In this document: positions 56,768 to 64,000 of the stretch, piece after piece
Layout: the number at the start of each line of letters is the position of its first letter
Position numbering within the stretch: position 1 is the stretch's first letter
Source: Escherichia phage 55
Reading direction: 5' to 3' (one strand)
DNA: 64,000 nucleotides
Sequence record: OQ599310
Program-made: the position numbers and the translations under genes
The notes under the pieces: generated by a model
Told to the model about the DNA's origin: nothing
Database searches by the model: none
The model's input: only the letters and a program-made list of their open reading frames with translations

Positions 56768-57724
56768 ATGATGTTAGTTATTGGTTCTCGTGCACTTCAC
56801 TATCATGGTCTTATTGATTCTAGCGCTATCAAAAATAGCGATTGGGACTTTATTGCGGACCAAGGTTCTTGGAATGCATTCAAAAATCAAATGATGGGTG
56901 TATATGTCCACCAAGATAACCCTGATGTCCAAGTTTTCAAATGCTTCCATAATGGACGCGAAACTCATTTTGAAGCATACATCGTTCCGGCTATCACTAA
57001 CGTTCGCGAACTAGTCGGTGAACTCACTCCTGAAGATTTCACGTCTTCTTATGACCTTTTAAAATACGCCAAGAAAAATTTGACTAAAGACCGTTTGAAC
57101 GGGTTTTACTGGGCAACTCCTGAGATATGTCTTGCAATTAAGATGTCTCATCGTTTCAAGAAAAATAATCCATTCTTTTTAAAGACTATGAACCATATTC
57201 AGTATCTTCGTGGTAAAGGTGTTACACTGAACGATGAACTTACTGAAATTATGCTGAAACGCCAGAAAGAAACCTTGAACTATGCTCACCCAGTTCTTGA
57301 CACTTCTAAAAGTGCGTTCTTTAAAGATGACATCTATACATATGACCATGATACTATTCATGAAGCCATTGCACTAACAGACCGTCCAGCGTATACATTT
57401 TATATGAAAGATGGTTCTGAAGTCATGACCTCACGCGAGAAGTTCGAATCATTACCAGAAATGGTCAAATTGGCCGGCGTATACGAAGAATCATGTGTAC
57501 TAGCGTTAGAACGTTCTCAGATTCCTAATAACTTTGAAATCCATCCACGTGATAGTTTTATGATGGCCCTTGAAAAGGTCTGTACATCAATCACATCAGG
57601 ATGGTTCCGTGAGTTCGCTTGGGAAAATTATAGCAAAGTAGTAAGTATGTACCAAAGCTTAGGACACGACGATTACGTCAAGCGTTTCAAACAAAACTTT
57701 CATATGGTAAAACCTTTCAAATAA
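56768..57724 (+). CDS. hypothetical 318-aa protein, possible nucleotidyltransferase-like N-terminus
   Basis: Largest ORF of the accessory region; N-terminal IGSRAL...SDWDFIAD pattern. Confidence 0.65.
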   Translation: MMLVIGSRALHYHGLIDSSAIKNSDWDFIADQGSWNAFKNQMMGVYVHQDNPDVQVFKCFHNGRETHFEAYIVPAITNVRELVGELTPEDFTSSYDLLKYAKKNLTKDRLNGFYWATPEICLAIKMSHRFKKNNPFFLKTMNHIQYLRGKGVTLNDELTEIMLKRQKETLNYAHPVLDTSKSAFFKDDIYTYDHDTIHEAIALTDRPAYTFYMKDGSEVMTSREKFESLPEMVKLAGVYEESCVLALERSQIPNNFEIHPRDSFMMALEKVCTSITSGWFREFAWENYSKVVSMYQSLGHDDYVKRFKQNFHMVKPFK

Positions 57725-57737
57725 TTTCACAAAACAG

Positions 57738-57766
57738 TTTACAAGGTCTGTAGTTGTTGATACTAT
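57738..57766 (+). promoter_or_regulatory. early promoter with stem-loop
   Basis: TTTACA, 17 nt, TACTAT; GGTCT..AGACC. Confidence 0.6.
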
Positions 57767-57804
57767 AGACCTATCAAAACAAATGAGTGAATGGAGATAT
57801 AAAA

Positions 57805-58005
57805 ATGACTACTTTGAATAAACGTTTCGGTAAAGCTAAACCTGGTTGTGCAGCAGAACGTCGTTATGTTTTCGCTCAGTTAGAAGATGTAGAGTATCAG
57901 ATTAATCAAGTTCACATTACTGGTATCGAGCCTATGTGTGGCCTTGAAGCTCTTCGTGAAGTTCGTGATGGGTATCGTCGTGTCATCGAAGAAATGTCAA
58001 AATAA
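57805..58005 (+). CDS. hypothetical protein
   Basis: 66 aa; RBS GGAG; early promoter 57738-57766. Confidence 0.55.
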   Translation: MTTLNKRFGKAKPGCAAERRYVFAQLEDVEYQINQVHITGIEPMCGLEALREVRDGYRRVIEEMSK

Positions 58006-58006
58006 G

Positions 58007-58035
58007 TGTACAAACTGATAGGACTATGTTATAGT
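58007..58035 (+). promoter_or_regulatory. early promoter with stem-loop (third GATAGGACTA copy)
   Basis: TGTACA / TATAGT. Confidence 0.6.
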
Positions 58036-58063
58036 AGTCCTATTAAAACATGAGGAGAATATT

Positions 58064-58369
58064 ATGAAATTAGGCGAAACCAACCGAATCGGTCTTTTAA
58101 CAATATTTGTATCACTTTTTTACGCAGCTCTTTCTGTTGCAGTATTACAAAAGGCTTACAGTATGGATGGTGTTCCTGGTTTTGTATTCTTATCGCCGTT
58201 TTTGCTATTCGTTGGAGCATTGTTATTATATGCCACGACTAGTTTCGACCATAACGTCTGGGTCAATTATAAATGTAAATTGTCTGAAGAAGAACACGCA
58301 GAAGCTCGTAAAAAAGCTATTGAATCTACCAATCTAGAAAATTTCATTAAAGAATGTCGAGGAAAATAA
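58064..58369 (+). CDS. membrane protein ending ENFIKECRGK
   Basis: 101 aa, two hydrophobic helices; early promoter 58007-58035. Confidence 0.65.
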   Translation: MKLGETNRIGLLTIFVSLFYAALSVAVLQKAYSMDGVPGFVFLSPFLLFVGALLLYATTSFDHNVWVNYKCKLSEEEHAEARKKAIESTNLENFIKECRGK

Positions 58370-58370
58370 T

Positions 58371-59057
58371 ATGAATAGTTCTAAAGTGTTTAATAGTCAA
58401 GCTCGTGCAGTAGGTGGTTTTGCCGGCGGTATTTCTAATGATAAAATCAAGAACGAGCCTATGTTCTTCAACTGTAGTTTAGAATTTGCTTATAATAACG
58501 GCGGTCCTATTACTCGCAGCTTCATCATGAACTTGCCGGATGATTGGAACACCGACCAGGTTGTATTTGATTCACGAGTCCATATGCTGATGCCTGGTTG
58601 GTATCCTGCTATTCCTGGTTATCACCATGATGACGTACCACGCCCGGATATTCCGGTTGGTCAACATTTTATTACTGCAGGACAACCTGACTATGACAAT
58701 CCTCGCTATTTGTCTGAACATATTCTTGGTCTTGTTAACGCTGATGTGTGTCCTACTCATTTTGCAACAGGAACTGCAGAGTTCAGTCAGATTCCTGATG
58801 GCGAACTTATCTATCGCCAGTGGCACAAAGAAGTCCTCGAAAAAATTGAAAAAGGTGAACTAGAGAAATGGGAAGCTCCGGACCGTACTCTTCTTCAGTT
58901 TGATTGGCAAACATGGCACACTGGTTCTCGTGCAATTAGTAATGGATGGCGTTGGTTCGGACGTGTATCTCGTAATACAGACCGAGTTAAAAAGATTACC
59001 AATGAAATTCGTGTCAACGCTCAAGTTTATCTAGAATTCCCTATGGAAGGCTGGTAA
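58371..59057 (+). CDS. hypothetical 228-aa protein
   Basis: His/Trp-rich (GYHHDD, TWHTG); no confident family assignment. Confidence 0.6.
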   Translation: MNSSKVFNSQARAVGGFAGGISNDKIKNEPMFFNCSLEFAYNNGGPITRSFIMNLPDDWNTDQVVFDSRVHMLMPGWYPAIPGYHHDDVPRPDIPVGQHFITAGQPDYDNPRYLSEHILGLVNADVCPTHFATGTAEFSQIPDGELIYRQWHKEVLEKIEKGELEKWEAPDRTLLQFDWQTWHTGSRAISNGWRWFGRVSRNTDRVKKITNEIRVNAQVYLEFPMEGW

Positions 59058-59548
59058 TGATTAACAAAACATATTGGTCTAATATTGACGACGGCAATGA
59101 AGGTATTTCGTACTATTCAGTGGATTGGACAGAATGTCCATCCTACTTAGTGAAACGTATTTGCCAAGAATTTAAAATCGACCAGCCAGCAGGTATTATC
59201 GTGAACAGATACATTAACGGATATCAACCTATCGATGAAGTAATACGAACAACTCAAGCTGATCTTGAAAAGTTTTTCAATAAGTGCCAATGGATAACAG
59301 GATGGATTATATTTGTACCGTCGGTATGGTTTTTTAGTACTAAGGTGAGTTCTTTCGGTTTTGTTGATATTATTGCTATCTTATTAGCATCTATTATCGT
59401 AAGTATAATTGGTGGTATAATTGGTGGAGGTACTATAGGCATCATTATTAATCTTGTTAAAAGTAGTTTACAGGAACGTAAAGACAAGATAAAGGCCAAG
59501 AATAACGAAGTTGAACGTTTTATTACCGAATGCAGGAATTTGAGATGA
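59057..59548 (+). CDS. membrane protein ending ERFITECRNLR
   Basis: 163 aa; soluble N-domain, Gly/Ile-rich TM segment. Confidence 0.65.
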   Translation: MINKTYWSNIDDGNEGISYYSVDWTECPSYLVKRICQEFKIDQPAGIIVNRYINGYQPIDEVIRTTQADLEKFFNKCQWITGWIIFVPSVWFFSTKVSSFGFVDIIAILLASIIVSIIGGIIGGGTIGIIINLVKSSLQERKDKIKAKNNEVERFITECRNLR

Positions 59549-59781
59549 GTATAGCAATTTACATTAAATCAGAATCATGCGATAGTTATCTGTACACGTA
59601 TGATAAAGATGTGTCAGAAGAAAAAATCAAAGACGATCTTAATATGGACCTTGATTTGTTCCGTCCTATTGCAGATTACAAACTTGCGGTCTCTAATAGT
59701 GAAAGTCCATCTAAAGAAACGCGCATTGAAGAATTTATGTCCGAATTAATGGCCAAATCATGGGACAGAGATGATGAGTAA
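59545..59781 (+). CDS. hypothetical protein
   Basis: 78 aa; start ambiguous (59530 or 59545). Confidence 0.5.
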   Translation: MSIAIYIKSESCDSYLYTYDKDVSEEKIKDDLNMDLDLFRPIADYKLAVSNSESPSKETRIEEFMSELMAKSWDRDDE

Positions 59782-60229
59782 GAAAAATAAAGTGAAAGAA
59801 CTATCAGCCGGTATTATTTTCCTTACCGAAGATAAAGAATTATTCATGGGCCGTGTAACTGGTTCTCGTTCTAAAGGTGCATTAGCTCATCGGTGGGATA
59901 TTCCTAAAGGCCGTGTCGAACCTGGCGAATCTCCTATTGAAGCCGCTATTCGTGAATGCGAAGAAGAAACTGGGTTTACACAATATGACCCTGCCTTCCT
60001 GAAAGACCTAGGTGAGCATCATTACTCAGACAATAAGAATATTCATCTGTTCCTATATACCATCCCTGTAGAGCACGAGCAATTCAGAAACAGTGTTTGT
60101 AATTCCTATCATACATTCCCAGACGGACGACAAATTCCTGAATTTGATGCATTCGCTTTAATTAAACCTTCTCAATGGGAATATGTAATGGGCAAATCGT
60201 TATATAAGGTGCTCACTACCCTCCTATAA
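59771..60229 (+). CDS. nudE: Nudix hydrolase
   Basis: Nudix box GRVEPGESPIEAAIRECEEETG; immediately upstream of e as in T4. Confidence 0.9.
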   Translation: MMSKKNKVKELSAGIIFLTEDKELFMGRVTGSRSKGALAHRWDIPKGRVEPGESPIEAAIRECEEETGFTQYDPAFLKDLGEHHYSDNKNIHLFLYTIPVEHEQFRNSVCNSYHTFPDGRQIPEFDAFALIKPSQWEYVMGKSLYKVLTTLL

Positions 60230-60236
60230 GTAATAA

Positions 60237-60262
60237 ATACCTCCTATAAACGTGGGAGGTAT
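60237..60262 (+). promoter_or_regulatory. hairpin sequestering the Shine-Dalgarno of gene e
   Basis: 8-bp stem ATACCTCC / GGAGGTAT; SD GGAGG sits in the 3' arm; loop TATAAACGTG. Confidence 0.7.
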
Positions 60263-60263
60263 T

Positions 60264-60752
60264 ATGAATATATTTGAAATGCTTCGTAATGACGAAGGTC
60301 TTAGACTGACTTTATACAAAGACACTGAAGGCTTTTGGACAATTGGCATAGGCCATTTAGTAACAAAGAACCCGTCTTTAGCCGTAGCTAAAGCTGAACT
60401 CGACAGAATGATCGGACGTAAATGCAACGGTACAATTACCCTTGATGAGGCTGAAAAGCTATTTAATGAAGACGTTGATAAAGCCGTTCGCGGAATTTTG
60501 GGTAATGCTAAACTTAAACCGGTATATGATTCTTTAGATGCGGTTCGTCGATGTGCATTGGTCAATATGGTCTTCCAAATGGGTGTAGCAGGCGTCGCCG
60601 GTTTTACTAATTCTCTTCGTATGCTTCAACAGAAACGTTGGGATGAAGCGGCAGTAAATCTAGCCCAATCTAAATGGTATCGTCAGACACCTAATCGCGC
60701 GAAACGCGTAATCTCAACATTTAAAACAGGAACTTGGAAAGCGTATATATGA
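60264..60752 (+). CDS. e: lysozyme (endolysin)
   Basis: MNIFEMLR...DEAEKLFN...[13 protein letters not shown] matches T4 lysozyme; start ATG 60264 after GGAGG; track start 60252 is GTG. Confidence 0.97.
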   Translation: MNIFEMLRNDEGLRLTLYKDTEGFWTIGIGHLVTKNPSLAVAKAELDRMIGRKCNGTITLDEAEKLFNEDVDKAVRGILGNAKLKPVYDSLDAVRRCALVNMVFQMGVAGVAGFTNSLRMLQQKRWDEAAVNLAQSKWYRQTPNRAKRVISTFKTGTWKAYI

Positions 60753-61030
60753 AAACATATAGCGAATTTTTATCAGAATCTATTCTTAACGAAGCTACTG
60801 ACACATTTGCAACTAAGCTAGGTGCCGCTTTGGTTGAAGCCGAAAGTCTATTAGCACGTATTTCTGAACTTGCTAGTAAGATAGATACTCGCAAATTTGA
60901 GCGCACCAGTGATATCGTTAAGCTTGAAGCACTGTTGCGTATGTGCGATAAACCCGAAGAAATCGCTAAGAACGGCTCGCTGATGAAACAACGTCTTGAA
61001 AAATATATTTCAGGCGCTTCAGAAAAATAG
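60749..61030 (+). CDS. CTS-bearing internal-protein-like protein (94 aa; IPII/IPIII position)
   Basis: N-terminus [10 protein letters not shown]; ATGA overlap with e stop. Confidence 0.75.
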   Translation: MKTYSEFLSESILNEATDTFATKLGAALVEAESLLARISELASKIDTRKFERTSDIVKLEALLRMCDKPEEIAKNGSLMKQRLEKYISGASEK

Positions 61031-61032
61031 TG

Positions 61033-61062
61033 TTTACTTCCTCCAAGGGTTTTGATACTATA
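61033..61062 (+). promoter_or_regulatory. early promoter upstream of denV
   Basis: GTTTACT ... TGATACTAT. Confidence 0.55.
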
Positions 61063-61088
61063 CATCTATCAACTACTTGGAGGAAATT

Positions 61089-61502
61089 ATGACTCGTATC
61101 AATTTAACACTTGTTTCTGAACTGACCGACCAACATCTTATGGCTGAGTATCGTGAATTACCACGCGTATTTGGTGCAGTCCGTAAACATGTTCAAAATG
61201 GTAAACGTGTAAAAGATTTTAAAATCTCTCCAACATTTATCTTAGGCACAGGTCACGTAACATTCTTTTATGACAAACTCGAATTTTTACGTTTACGTCA
61301 AATCGAGCTAATCGCGGAATGTTTAAAACGCGGTTTCAAAATCAAGGACACGACAGTCCAGGATATTTCCGACATTCCTGTAGAATTTCGTAATAATTAT
61401 GTCCCGTCCGAAGCGTCCATTTCGATAAGTCAAGCACGCTTAGATGAAAAAATTGCTCAACGTCCGACTTGGTACAAATACTATGGTAAATCAATTTACT
61501 AA
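61089..61502 (+). CDS. denV: endonuclease V (pyrimidine dimer DNA glycosylase)
   Basis: [12 protein letters not shown]...[10 protein letters not shown] matches remembered T4 DenV; track start 61077 is TTG. Confidence 0.95.
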   Translation: MTRINLTLVSELTDQHLMAEYRELPRVFGAVRKHVQNGKRVKDFKISPTFILGTGHVTFFYDKLEFLRLRQIELIAECLKRGFKIKDTTVQDISDIPVEFRNNYVPSEASISISQARLDEKIAQRPTWYKYYGKSIY

Positions 61503-61509
61503 GGAAAAA

Positions 61510-61839
61510 ATGAAAACATATCAAGAGTTTATCACTGAAGTTACATTATCTGCGGAACAGAAAGCTGCTATCGAAGAAAGTAAAAATCCCAAAGTAACAT
61601 ATAAAGTAAATAGTAAAGGCGTTTTTGATGGCTTGGTTCAAGACCCTGAATTGAAAAAAGCTCTTTCTAAAACTAATGCGTACTTTGCTCCTAAATTTAA
61701 CACAGCAGGTGTACTTATTGGATTGGATGTATTCAACTCTAAAGGTGTTCTATCTAATGCCTTTGGTTATGCCGCTAACAAAATTACCAAAGCCGCATGG
61801 GAATCCAATACCAAACAAGCTCAAAAGCCTAGAGTATAA
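61510..61839 (+). CDS. CTS-bearing internal-protein-like protein (109 aa)
   Basis: MKTYQEFITE at internal Met after AAGGAAAAA RBS. Confidence 0.75.
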   Translation: MKTYQEFITEVTLSAEQKAAIEESKNPKVTYKVNSKGVFDGLVQDPELKKALSKTNAYFAPKFNTAGVLIGLDVFNSKGVLSNAFGYAANKITKAAWESNTKQAQKPRV

Positions 61840-62011
61840 TTCTTGTCTAATAAAGGGAAACGCAACCTCTCCTTATGAACGTCGAGTCCTCTAAGTGATG
61901 TACCTTTTCCAACCTGTAATAAGGTCGAGCGCAATGCGGTAATGGGTTTACATAGCGAGTCGAAGGACAATTCATGCGCCATGGAATGGCCCAAACCTTA
62001 AGAGAAATAAT

Positions 62012-62551
62012 ATGAGAACATTTTTAACTGGACCTTATCTATCCCTGATGAATGCTTTTACACACCATTCTGATGCTAGAGTAGAAGAAATTTGTAAGAA
62101 CGGTTATATCCCACCGTTTGAAGACGTACTCAAGCAGTACTGTACACTTCGTTTAGACGGCGGCCGACAATCAGGTAAATCAATTGCTGTGACTAACTTT
62201 GCTGCTAATTGGCTGTATGATGGTGGAACAATTATTGTTCTTTCCAATACTTCAGCTTATGCTAAAATTTCTGCTGACAATATTGAAAAAGAATTTTCTC
62301 GTTATTCTAGCGACGATATTCGATTCCGTTTATTTACTGATTCTGTTCGTAGTTTTATTGGCAATGAAGGTTCTAAATTCCGTGGATTAACGCTTTCTCG
62401 TATTCTGTATATAATTGACGAGCCTATTAAAGCTCCTGATATGGATAAGATTTACAATGTCCATATTAAAACAGTACAGTACTGCTGCAAAAGCAAATAT
62501 TGCATCGGCGGCAATGCTCGTCCTCAATTTTTTGTGATTGGAATGCAATGA
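62012..62551 (+). CDS. P-loop NTPase-like hypothetical protein
   Basis: Walker A GGRQSGKS and Walker B-like ILYIIDEP. Confidence 0.65.
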   Translation: MRTFLTGPYLSLMNAFTHHSDARVEEICKNGYIPPFEDVLKQYCTLRLDGGRQSGKSIAVTNFAANWLYDGGTIIVLSNTSAYAKISADNIEKEFSRYSSDDIRFRLFTDSVRSFIGNEGSKFRGLTLSRILYIIDEPIKAPDMDKIYNVHIKTVQYCCKSKYCIGGNARPQFFVIGMQ

Positions 62552-62856
62552 TGACCACTATTGAAGTTTTTGAATATTGTTATAACAGCCCAGTATGCAA
62601 TAAAAGGGCTCTTGTAGAAAATTACGAGATTTACCATTTTAAACCTAAACGATACCGTTTGACTAAAGGTCCGTTCGCGGGGCAGCAGGTTCTTTGTACT
62701 GCTCCTAATGCACGGTTGATGACTAGTATTCCGCATTTCAAAATGGAATTTATTGATGGACCATTTAAGGGATTAATCACTCAAAGTTTAATGGCGTTTA
62801 ATTCCGACCCATTTTTGATTAAAGAAAAAACTTGGATAAATTTATTTTCTAATTGA
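62548..62856 (+). CDS. hypothetical protein
   Basis: 102 aa from ATG overlapping upstream stop. Confidence 0.55.
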   Translation: MMTTIEVFEYCYNSPVCNKRALVENYEIYHFKPKRYRLTKGPFAGQQVLCTAPNARLMTSIPHFKMEFIDGPFKGLITQSLMAFNSDPFLIKEKTWINLFSN

Positions 62857-62862
62857 GGTTAT

Positions 62863-63225
62863 ATGAAAGCATATCAAATTCTTGAAGGTGCACATAAAGG
62901 CACTATTTATTTTGAAGACGGTACTCAAGCCCGGATTATTGTCTCTAAGACTTTTAAAGAAGACGCTATTGTAGACCCGGAAATTTTCTACGGTTTGAAT
63001 GCCCGTGAAATTGAAATTGAACATCAACCTAAAGTTAAAATTGAAGGTGGTCAACACCTGAACGTTAATGTTCTGCGTCGTGAAACTCTGGAAGATGCAG
63101 TTAAGCATCCAGAAAAATATCCGCAGTTGACCATCCGTGTATCCGGTTATGCAGTTCGCTTTAACTCTCTGACTCCGGAACAGCAGCGTGACGTTATCGC
63201 TCGTACCTTTACTGAGAGTCTATAA
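62863..63225 (+). CDS. autonomous glycyl radical cofactor (GrcA/YfiD-like)
   Basis: Glycyl-radical signature RVSGYAVRF; C-terminal half resembles enterobacterial GrcA; T4 is known to carry a YfiD homolog. Confidence 0.85.
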   Translation: MKAYQILEGAHKGTIYFEDGTQARIIVSKTFKEDAIVDPEIFYGLNAREIEIEHQPKVKIEGGQHLNVNVLRRETLEDAVKHPEKYPQLTIRVSGYAVRFNSLTPEQQRDVIARTFTESL

Positions 63226-63449
63226 TGGCTAAATTGATTATAGAAGGGTCTGAAGATGTTTTAAAATGTTTTGCCGCCTGGTTTAGTTGCTCAGGCGAGC
63301 AATCATTCATTGAAGCATTTAGAATAGGTGATATTACTGGAAACTATCCGGCAACTGATATCACTGTACGTGGATATGGTATTAATGAGCCTATCCAATT
63401 GGTCGAATATGACCTTGCCACCGATGAGGAAATTCCTTATGTCGATTGA
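63225..63449 (+). CDS. hypothetical protein
   Basis: 74 aa; ATG overlaps GrcA-like stop. Confidence 0.55.
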   Translation: MAKLIIEGSEDVLKCFAAWFSCSGEQSFIEAFRIGDITGNYPATDITVRGYGINEPIQLVEYDLATDEEIPYVD

Positions 63450-63684
63450 AGATATTAAAGGCTACAAGCCACATACCGACGATAAAATCGGTAAAGTGAA
63501 CGCTATTAAAGATGCAGAAGTTCGATTAGGGCTTATTTTCGATGCCTTGGCGGAAGAAGCGTTGTCTGCGAATACTCCTGAAGCTTTGACAGCTTTGTCC
63601 CAATTGAACTGTGCTAAAGAACGCCTAAAGGAAGCTAGTATGTGGGCTTGTCGTGCGGTATTTCAACCAGAGGAAAAATACTAA
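63439..63684 (+). CDS. hypothetical protein
   Basis: 81 aa from [10 protein letters not shown]; track start 63328 is an extension. Confidence 0.55.
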   Translation: MSIEDIKGYKPHTDDKIGKVNAIKDAEVRLGLIFDALAEEALSANTPEALTALSQLNCAKERLKEASMWACRAVFQPEEKY

Positions 63685-63983
63685 TGGCTCAAATCCTATC
63701 AGGCTTTGGAACTCATTATGAAGCATCTCGACGCATAACTGAAAGCAATCCTTTTGGCCTTGTTCCGAAGCACAAGAAAATTCAAAGCCTTGATGACTTT
63801 GAGAATCGCCTATGGGCCCTCTTTAATGAGTACAAGGCATATCTGAAAGAAGACGCTGACGATTGTCTTGAAGAAGATGAGATTGCGTATTACGAACAAC
63901 GCCTTGAACAGCTCAAGAACTTCCACCAGGTTCGTGACGAAGTATCTAAAGCAGTTAAAAAGTTAATTCCTTTCAAAGAGTAG
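63684..63983 (+). CDS. hypothetical protein
   Basis: 99 aa from MAQILSGFG; TAATG overlap. Confidence 0.55.
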   Translation: MAQILSGFGTHYEASRRITESNPFGLVPKHKKIQSLDDFENRLWALFNEYKAYLKEDADDCLEEDEIAYYEQRLEQLKNFHQVRDEVSKAVKKLIPFKE

Positions 63984-63986
63984 TTT

Positions 63987-64000
63987 ACTTCTCCTCTAGT
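63987..64000 (+). promoter_or_regulatory. start of another early promoter (truncated by window end)
   Basis: GTTTACTTCTCC matches the -35 region of the 52786 and 61033 promoters. Confidence 0.35.

Overview
This window is a T4-like (Tequatrovirus-type) myovirus segment, in reverse orientation relative to the standard T4 map. Calls rest on reading the translated ORFs against remembered T4 protein sequences and on motifs visible in the DNA; no database search was run. The first ~48 kb is the conserved late/structural module: alt (5' partial), baseplate hub genes 54-48-29-28-27-51 (minus) and 26-25 (plus), uvsY/uvsW, inh, hoc, rnlB, then a long minus-strand block 24-23-22-21-68-67-20-19-18-17-16-15-14-13-wac-12-11-10-9-8-7-6-5.4-5.1-5-53, followed by plus-strand 4-2-3-1-57A-57B. 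From ~49.0 kb onward is a plus-strand early-gene hyperplastic region: ipI, two tRNAs, nudE, e (lysozyme), denV, a GrcA-like glycyl-radical protein and about 30 small ORFs of unknown function. Most of these are preceded by near-identical sigma70-type early promoters embedded in inverted repeats (promoter-early stem-loops). The most interesting content is in that region: five proteins carrying the internal-protein capsid-targeting N-terminus (more than T4's three), a tandem triplicated small-protein family ending in WV(S/A)SSxxC, four membrane proteins sharing a C-terminal FIKECR-type motif, and a 318-aa ORF with a possible nucleotidyltransferase motif. No CRISPR array, integrase, transposase or homing endonuclease was seen.
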